From NCBI GenBank assembly GCA_051294905.1, contig CM119371.1, positions 40,612,001-40,672,000 on the forward strand: a DNA stretch of 60,000 nt, written 5' to 3'. This stretch comes from Botryllus schlosseri (lineage: Eukaryota). Position numbers and translations under genes: made by a program. Below the pieces are notes generated by a model. It was not told the DNA's origin and did no database searches. It saw nothing but the letters and a program-made list of their open reading frames with translations. Positions 51,686 through 60,000 of this stretch are shown in pieces (position 1 is the first letter of the stretch; each line of letters starts with the position of its first letter).

Positions 51686-54067
51686 AACGGGAGCAACAAT
51701 TGCATGACAAACAGAATCATGTTCATTACAGTTCAGACATTCTGCACGGCTACACTTCCTTCTGTAACGCCGAGACAACCCATCAGCATTTCCATGCTTT
51801 TTTCCTTCTCGATGCTCAACGTCATATTCAAAGCTACTCAGGTACGTTATCCATCGAGCAACAACCCCGCTCGGGTCTTTGAAATTTAGAAGCCAACGCA
51901 ACGAGGAATGGTCAGTACGTAACACAAATTTCCTCCCATATAGATAGTGGCGAAAATGCTCCATCGCCCACCGAACAGCGAATAGCTCTCTGTATGTCGC
52001 GCAATAGTTCTTCTGCTCCTTGCTTAACGCTTTACTGGCATATCCAATCACTTTCTCTTCACCATCTTGCAATTGAGACAACACGGCTCCGGCAGCAAAC
52101 CCGCTGCAATCAGTGTCCAAAATAAACGTACCACCATCCCGTTGAGGATATGATAAAATCGGAGTCGAGGTAAGGACTTTTTTCAACTCATCAAAAGCAG
52201 CCTGACATTTGTCCGTCCAAGTGAACTTCACACCTTTTCTCATCAGGTCCGTCAATGGACTGGCAATAGAAGCGAATGAAGGAACAAATTTACGATAATA
52301 TGTTGCGGTCCCAAGGAAGCTTTGCAACTCCTTCAGTTTTGTAGGGACTGGCCAGTCTCGTACCACAGCAGTCTTATTTTCGTCACACTTTACACCATCA
52401 GCTGATATAACATGACCCAAGTATTCGACTTGGCGACGAAACAGTTTACATTTCTTCGGCTTGAACTTCATCCCAGCACGACGTATCCGTGAAAAGACGC
52501 CACGGAGATTTTCCAATTCACAATCAAAATCATTACTATAAACCATTACATCGTCCACAAAAACAAGTGTAGTTTTCCACAAAACGTCTCGAAGAATATT
52601 CTCCATCAAGCGTTCGAAAAGGGCCGGAGAATTTGACATACCCATAGGCAGAACTTTGAATTGATAGTGATTTCGACCAGGCAAGGAAAACGCGGTTTTA
52701 TAGCGATCTGCTTCCTCTATTTCCACTTGAAAAAATCCACTATCCAAGTCTAAACAACTGAACCAAGATGCTCCACCCAATGAATCCAGTATATCGTCAA
52801 TCCTGGGAAGGCTGTACGCATCCTTCACAGTAACAGAGTTCAGTTGGCGATAGTCCAAAACGAGGCGATGTGAAACACCATCCTTCTTGGGTATCAAAAT
52901 CAATGGGGCATTATAAGGAGAATTCGATTCTTCAATCACATCTTGCTCAAGCAATTTGTCAATTTCTTTGTTTGCAGCGTCCCACTTCGCCCAGCCAAGC
53001 CTACGAGGAGGTATTTTCACAGGTTCCAATTTAGTAGTCTGGATGCGGTGCTTAATGGCATCAGTTCGACCAAGCTTTCCACCTGGTACCGTAAATACAT
53101 CTTGAAACCCACGTAACAGTTTTTCAACTTTTACCCTCTGATCGACAGTTATATCCTCAATATCATCAAGCATGGCCTGCAATGACCCAGGTAACGGTGT
53201 AAGTACGCCACCAGAACTCTCCTCGAAAACCTCTGTAGGTATGGATTCTTCATTCACGTTTTTCATCATTTTCTCATCGCCAGTAATTGAAGAGACCATT
53301 TGCACGGAACCACTATCATCTGGACGCATCAAGGCAATCAAGCAGGAGTCCGGAATAACAAGATCCTCTTCCGATAAATTCGCCAATAACAATGGCACTT
53401 TTGCGCAATCTGGGTTCACAATACCAGAAGAAAGAAACACACCTCGAGCACCAAATTCAGAAACAAAAGAGCCAACTGGGTCAACCACAGCTGTCACATT
53501 ACAGTCATTTTCAGTCCAAGGACAAGAAATACTGCCCCAAATCAATTTCTCACTCCTTTTCGGTATCACGTATGATTGTTGGGTACTAATACGACAACAT
53601 ACAATCTTTCGATTGGGCTTAACAATGGGCACCATTTTGCCAGCAACACTTATACACTCGTCTCTCGCGTACAATACTACATCAAAATCACGAAGAGCAT
53701 CAAGGCCCAAAATACCAACAGGAGTGCCGAGTTTAGCAACGTTAACAGCCATTTCTTTACACACATCATTAATACAAAGCTTCAAGCACAATCTACCAAC
53801 AACGTCTAGCTTGTAGCCATTTGCCACAGTAAAGTCCCTCGTAATGGGCTCCAACATATTCCAAGAATAACCCAAAATATCAAAAAGTTCGACGCTAATA
53901 AACGTTTCGGGACTACCACTATCAATCAAAAACTGGAAAAAATAACCATCAACACCGATACTCGCATACCAGTTTACCTTTAAATCAAGCGCACAAATCA
54001 ACTTCTCCAAGTCAGGGGCATACCAGTCAGGTGCCAATTGTTGGTCACCTATCGTCTCTCTAAAAAA
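51686..54067 (-). CDS. pol: pol N-terminal part: protease, reverse transcriptase, RNase H
   Basis: FLIDSGS protease; LDYRQLN, LPMGMSNSP, FVDD RT motifs; ILDTDCS, ELFAV, TDHSSL, NADGLSR RNase H motifs. Confidence 0.95.
54029..54067 (-). promoter_or_regulatory. Predicted -1 ribosomal frameshift signal
   Basis: T TTT TTA heptamer (54067-54061) in the gag frame, then hairpin AGGTG-A-CCAA-CAA-TTGG-CACCT; pol is in the -1 frame. Confidence 0.75.
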
Positions 54068-55662
54068 TCCTTCGGAGCAGTAGGTTGTTCGGTAGAGGTG
54101 TTCCTTTGACCAATCCCGTCATTCATATTATCGTTTGGAAGTAGTTCCCTGCATTCATCCTCCCAGTGTCCATTTTTCCTACATCGAGCACATACAGGCA
54201 CACGGCAGAACTTTGCGGAGTGACCATACATTCCACAATGGTTACAATTCCCTTGAAACCGTCTTCTGTGACCGTAGCTGTCTTGCCTACGCGCTGTAGA
54301 AAATTTCAATTCCTCCATCTCCTTTGAAAACATATTCTTCAGTTGCCTCATTTCATTTTCCAAGTCGGCTACCATCTTTGTAAACTCGGGTTTTCCACCA
54401 GAAGTACAACCGTCACTGCATGTCTTGCCTGTCGCAATCGGGGCAATCATGGGTTTACGTAGTACTGAGGACTTTGAAGTTTTAAGAACATCCAATACAT
54501 CTGTTGCTCGGTCGACCAGGTCCCATAGCGATGCTTCTTTGTTTTCAATCGACAAGGCCAAGGCAACGCTTGCATCTCCATACCCCGTAGCAAATTGTCT
54601 TTTAGTCAAACTCTCGACTTCCATTTGGTCACGCCCAGGAAACGCCTTCCTCGCCAACTTCTGTAGTGCGATAGCGAAATCAGCAGGAGACTCCTGAAGG
54701 TTTTTCTCACGAGCATAAAACTCACGAACATAGTCCTTCTCATGGGTTGATTTACCCAATCGTTTCTTCAGATGCGACACCAACTTGTCATAATCGCGAC
54801 GATCTTCTTCTTGTAGTTCTAAAGCCAATTTCTGAGCATGGCCTTCGAGGCATACCTCTAATTGCAATGCAGCGATGCCTCTATCCCAATCATGTAGTAA
54901 TACCATGGCCTTGAAATGTTGCAAGTAATCTTCAAAAGGTTCTTTACCATCACCACTGAAGTGTCTCGGTGAGGTCACACCGATCGAGTGGACAGCCAAA
55001 CCATTACACTGACGAGGTGTGCTTGCCCAAGCAGACTTCCCAAAATTGCTAAACTCGGGTACCGGTACCATACCAGATGCTGAATATACTTGCTGTTTTG
55101 AAGATCTCTTTTGTTCCACTCTCACATCATTCTCTGGTCTCGGAGCACACAAGGAAGATGAATCGACCGACTCATGTTCAGTATTTATCATTTCCTTCTT
55201 TGCAATGACAATATGAGCATTCAACAAGTCCAAAATTTGCTGGCTTTGTCCATGCAGAGCGTTCATTTCATCACGGAATTCCTCTTGATTTCCACGCATA
55301 ATACGCAATTCCTGGCGCAGTTCATTGTTCTCCTCACGCAGAACATGCAATTCATGGCTCATGCGCTGGTTTTGACTGCACATCTGATTCTGATTTTCAA
55401 GCAAAGTGTTCATTTCCTGGCGCAGAATCTTCACCTCTTTCCCCGATTCAACTGCTACGATTCTTGAACTCTCTGCATCATTTTGGACTTTTGCAAAAGT
55501 TCTCAATAACATAGTACCAGTATCAATTTCTTCGTTCTCGCCGCCTACTGCAAACGGTTCATCTCTCTCATATTCAGAGTCAAGTCCTGGCGTGCTCGCC
55601 ATTGTGGCCGTTCTGTCTTTGTTCCTATTATAATCTATATACCTCACAGAAGATGATGCCAC
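54049..55662 (-). CDS. gag: Gag polyprotein
   Basis: 537 aa; coiled coil, capsid-like region, two CCHC knuckles (CNHCGMYGHSAKFC, CARCRKNGHWEDEC); alternative ATG at 55602. Confidence 0.93.
   Translation of the reverse strand: MASSSVRYIDYNRNKDRTATMASTPGLDSEYERDEPFAVGGENEEIDTGTMLLRTFAKVQNDAESSRIVAVESGKEVKILRQEMNTLLENQNQMCSQNQRMSHELHVLREENNELRQELRIMRGNQEEFRDEMNALHGQSQQILDLLNAHIVIAKKEMINTEHESVDSSSLCAPRPENDVRVEQKRSSKQQVYSASGMVPVPEFSNFGKSAWASTPRQCNGLAVHSIGVTSPRHFSGDGKEPFEDYLQHFKAMVLLHDWDRGIAALQLEVCLEGHAQKLALELQEEDRRDYDKLVSHLKKRLGKSTHEKDYVREFYAREKNLQESPADFAIALQKLARKAFPGRDQMEVESLTKRQFATGYGDASVALALSIENKEASLWDLVDRATDVLDVLKTSKSSVLRKPMIAPIATGKTCSDGCTSGGKPEFTKMVADLENEMRQLKNMFSKEMEELKFSTARRQDSYGHRRRFQGNCNHCGMYGHSAKFCRVPVCARCRKNGHWEDECRELLPNDNMNDGIGQRNTSTEQPTAPKDFLERR
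55585..55601 (-). promoter_or_regulatory. Primer-binding site, tRNA-Arg-like
   Basis: TGGCGAGCACGCCAGGA one base from the 5' LTR. Confidence 0.82.
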
Positions 55663-55850
55663 TGTCTTTCAGGTTCGAGACTGAAATGAGAGGTTCCACC
55701 GAATGCGAACTCACAGTATGTATTTCACAAAAGCAGCAGTCTAGTACCAAAGCCAGCGCAGCAGAATACGAATAATACTAGTTCCTCATTTTCCCGCCGG
55801 CGTGATCTCCTAACCGGAGATCACCCAGCCTCCGGATCCGAGCGGTTACA
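55603..55850 (-). repeat. 5' LTR
   Basis: Identical to 36704-36951; followed by TSD GTTA. Confidence 0.95.
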
Positions 55851-58524
55851 GTTAGTCGTGACCTTCCGAAGACAAGTTTGTACTGCCACGAGAATGATTA
55901 TTTGGCCGTGATGACAATTTACTAACAGAAGTCACTGCAATATTGTTAAATGGAGTACAACAATCAGAATTAGCAAATAGCTATATCGTATACCCAAAAG
56001 AGCCATATGGCTCGCCAGCTATAGAATCCCGAACGTTGCGCTATACGATAATAGAAAAACATTGCTCTATTTGGAGAAGTGTTGGATAAAATCTCTACTA
56101 GAGTCACAAGTCATGTTGAGTCATTGTACATTTTGACGCAATTAAAGTAAAGTCACTCGATTTCCAAAGGTGATTCGAGTCGAGCCTAGTGAAATCGAGT
56201 CACAAAATGATATCAAATATGAAGTGAGAGGCAAGACGGTAGTCATTGCATTTTGCACGATGGTTGCGGTAAAAGGTCGTTATTACTTTTGCATCGAGTA
56301 ACAGATATCGAGGTAATTATACCTTCAGTGTGGCATGGTATGGCTCACATATACACAGAATTGCTCAACTATGCCGGTAACTCACAATCAATTATATGAT
56401 AGAATATGAAACCTCGGAAAGTTTAAAACAAACTGCAATGATGCGCTATATAATTTACCTGAACCCCATACGATTCGATTCAAAACTACCCCAATTGTTG
56501 TTGAGTAATTTATCTATATAAACTACATGTTGTAATCTGGCTATTGCGTTGCCGTAAGTAACTGTAGCTTTTTTAAAGTAAGGGTAACCAATGTGACTAG
56601 CAACATAGAACACAGTCGACAGTAGAGCAGAACAGGAATGACAATACAGTGCTATATAGATTGCTACTACTCTAACATGGTCTAATTTCTAACCACTTCG
56701 TTTATGGTCAATTGTTTTGTGACATAGGCCTACCGACAACGGCTCAGTAAGATCAGGCTGTTCAATCATTGAATGATTGGGTAAACACGCAGGTTATATC
56801 AGCGTGCCGAGAGCAATTACTCAAATATATAGTGACTCCTAGTCAACACCGGTTACTTGATGACTTGTAAATCGGTTTGAAAAGTTTTCTTGGGGTCACG
56901 AGTCCATCGAACTTTTGTAACCGCCGAGCTATGTCAAGTCAAATCATTTTTGCAAAGTGACTTTTTGCAAAGGCCGATTGCAATTGTACTACCCTCAGAT
57001 TTGGTATTGCTGCGAAGAGTCATTTTGCAATTCCGAAAATAGCATCCTACGATGCCTTGCTAAAAGTATGCGGCACTGTAAATGAACCATTTGAATACTT
57101 TTCATTCGATTCATTTAAAATTCTACTCGGAGTAGTTTTGCAATATCTTTGAAATTTCTTCTTCTACTTCTACAACTACTTAAGTAGCAATCTTGGCCAT
57201 TTTGACCACGTCTGGTGGCGGGTCATTGCGAATGATCAATATATGCACATTAGAATAGAAAAAGAGTTAATACTACAGTAACCAAGAAATAATACTTCTT
57301 ACTATGGCTTTCTGCTACTTGACGTGTCTCATGATTGCCGGACAGAGTTAGGCTATGCTTTCATCGCGCTAGGTTGGTTTGCTTTGCTCCTGAACACTTT
57401 CGTCCTCTCAGCGACATTTCGGATGAGTTCTCTTTGATGCTCCATGACATATTCGTGGCATCCTTGCGTTTGCTCACTAGATTCGTCTCCAGACTCTCCC
57501 CCACCAGATGGAATTGCAGTCGTGTTCGGAGTTGTAGTCGAAATCGATTGGAAGTACATTGAAGTCGATGTAATCAGTAACGAGATTACAGACGTGAATA
57601 ATGAGACGACGAGTGTGGTGTCTTTGGGTGCATTGGTCGGTCAAACCCACTCAATTGGCTAGTGGGAGTGTAGCAAATGTTCGTGATGTTATACCGGATG
57701 TGCCATTCTACACCGGAAGCTTTCCAGAGTGCTGCCTCCATTTTTTATAGTGTAGCTTCAAGGCTATTGCCATGCAAGTTTTCCTACACTTGGTTCGATT
57801 TGCTTCACAGTGTTGAACTTGAACTTCTCTTTTCCACACTCTTCCACATGCACACCCAGGGCTTGACGACGTTGATTGAAGCAGTGGTTGCAGCTTGATT
57901 GAAATAAGCAGCGACCTTTACAGGTCCAGCATAATTAAATAATTGAATAATTAATTAATTAACTTAATACAACCAAATACTCCAATTAAATTATCGATCA
58001 ATTATGAACACAAAAATAGGGCGCTTCTATAAACATCGTATCGTACAGATCTATCAGAATACGAGTAAGAGGCAAGCCTATAAATATGTCATGCATGATT
58101 GATAACTTTTCAATACTCCAAGGTTGGTTTACACATATAAATGTGAAGGCCTTTCCTGCCTCGACACACAAGCATATGCAATATACAAGAAACATGCCAA
58201 TAGATGCCACAAAAAAGAACACTCAGAGTTCAAGGTGACCAATTTGCAGACCATCGTATATTATAAGAGTTCCCCAGCTTTCCAGCTGTAGCTATCGAAC
58301 CGAAATCAGTCCAGAAACCGACCCCTTGTTTGAGTACTTTACACCATCAAGTACTTTCGTGTCGATTCGGGGATCGGGCATTCCAATAGAACGCGGGGTT
58401 GGTTGAGGGTTCGTCGTAGGTAGAGATTCCGAATGCAATATCTCTATGTCCTTGGCTCTTTTCATCTTTAGTTCATCGACTTCATGGAGCTATTCCAGTA
58501 CATTTCGTTGGGCCTCTCCATTTC

Positions 58525-58676
58525 TGTATACTTTGCAACTTCGGCTAGCAGTCGATCCTATTTTATCGCACTGCTTCATTTCCGTATACTTTGCAACTGT
58601 GGCAAGCAGTCGATCCTATTTTATCGGACTGCTTCAATTCTATAAACTTTGCAACTGTGGCAAGCAGCCGATCCAA
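58525..58676. repeat. ~58-bp tandem repeat, ~2.6 copies
   Basis: ACTTTGCAACT...AGCAGTCGATCCTATTTTATCG recurs at ~58530 and 58588, with a partial copy at ~58646. Confidence 0.75.
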
Positions 58677-60000
58677 CCATTATAAGGCTAAGAGCTTCCA
58701 GAGGGACATGCGAACGTCACCATTCAACGCCAAAAGACTTTAGAACCTCCCGCAATAAATCGTCAATGTCCTGTTTTGTGGATATAGTCTGAGACTGGAT
58801 GCTTCGTTTTGGGCTGTTTCGGGAGTGCTGGCTGCTGGTGGCTTTACATTGATAGAGCCACAAATTAGCCAAAACTAGAGGACACATTCATGCTGTCTAC
58901 ATTGGTAGCCATTGGATATTACAATCGAATGTACAATTCATGTGGGCATCATACATGGCATGGATATGCAATATGCATACACACATATATTATATATACT
59001 TCAGCTCACTGCAAAATTTCGCATACATGAAAAAATGGTGGCGCCATTTTAGGTAAAGCAACCTGATGGTATAGCTAACTACTAACATGCATACGAAAAT
59101 TCCAGATAAACACAAAGTGCTATCAACAAACGGCTAAATCTACAAAGCATATTCGACTTTTCGTTCATTAACCAATGCGCAAATTCAAAATACTAATTTT
59201 TTGTTCACGCGCAACACGATGGTGATTATCGGCAATTATAGAGTTCGAACACGTTCTGTTAATTTAGCGTTGGCGCAATCGATCTCATGGAACGAAAGCG
59301 TGAACCCTGGGACTCAATTTTCGACACATCAATTTCGCAAAAAATGATGTGTGTACTTTTCCATTGTATATAAGAATTTTGTTTTAATTTTATTCAGAGT
59401 TTTAGGGCGGTGATTATATCTGTTGCTTACGCAACGGCAATTCATCTTACCAATGCCTCATATGGGTAGGCTATTTTTTCAGGTACTATAGTTTTGTTTA
59501 TAAACTAACACTATATACCTTACCTTAACAATTTGGAGGGGCAAGGTAGGCATTCTCTGAAATATAAGATTTGCAGTGCCTAGATGAGAGTTTAAATTTA
59601 CGATCTTTTACTCTGTATTGATACAATCCATGAAGTGCGGATTTGAGCATTTGAAACTCAGTGACAATGCAGCTCGTTTTGGAAAGGTACGAACTTACAC
59701 TGGCGTTTCTACGCTAAGACGTAGAATCCATAACAATGAATACACGAACACAATATGGTAGCACAAATTGGACACATTTGCGTGACAGAATATCCACAAA
59801 TTATATTATATATCCAGTGATTTCGACTCGTAAGCGTATTGCATTTATCCTCAGCGTATTAACGTACTAACATTAGCATTATGATACATTCGTGCCACGC
59901 TGACTAGTTCGTCTAAAGAGCACCCCGTTAATCAGCCATATTTTTAGTTTTTGTTGGCGTAATAGAATGAGTAATGAGTATAGCTGTTACCAGTGCTATC

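Larger units (their letters stand above)
36704..55850 (-). mobile_element. Full-length Ty3/Gypsy LTR retrotransposon (~6.05 kb without insertion), pol interrupted
   Basis: Identical 248-bp LTRs, perfect 4-bp TSD GTTA, PBS, PPT at 36952-36964, gag and PR-RT-RH-IN order. Confidence 0.97.

Noticed and set aside
38585..51693. Alternative boundary for copy 2 with a 10-bp TSD (CTAACGGGAG), suggesting a Mutator/foldback element
   Set aside because: Copy 1 only fits AGTAGT...ACTACT with a 6-bp TSD; the same rule fits copy 2, where the extra match comes from chance CT/AG flanks.
53172..55633. Plus-strand ORFs overlapping gag/pol (also 14407-14856, 37240-37611)
   Set aside because: Antisense shadows of real coding frames with no motifs.
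57335..57930. Host gene exon or zinc-finger remnant
   Set aside because: Short ORFs on both strands, frequent stops and no recognisable domain.

Overview
Eukaryotic (probably invertebrate) AT-rich DNA made almost entirely of nested transposable elements; no convincing host gene. In order: (1) a ~1.65 kb foldback palindrome (124-3998) interrupted by a young non-autonomous LTR element (1699-3926); (2) MITE, telomere-like and LINE fragments; (3) a truncated Gypsy (7175-15100) whose 3' LTR is split by a P-superfamily element (7366-13646) with a spliced THAP transposase and a second gene; (4) a hAT MITE (15174-30715) containing a 14.3 kb palindrome; (5) a full-length Gypsy with identical LTRs (36704-55850) whose pol is split by a related 13.1 kb palindrome. 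The main finding is the pair of giant palindromes (15512-29808, 38593-51685). Both have AGTAGT...ACTACT termini and perfect 6-bp target-site duplications (TSDs), as Polinton/Maverick elements do. Their inverted arms are 6.1-6.7 kb, they carry no recognisable Polinton core gene, and each ~0.95 kb loop encodes a homologous ungapped 91-aa protein (57/91 identical by hand alignment). All coordinates and identities were read by eye; no searches were run.
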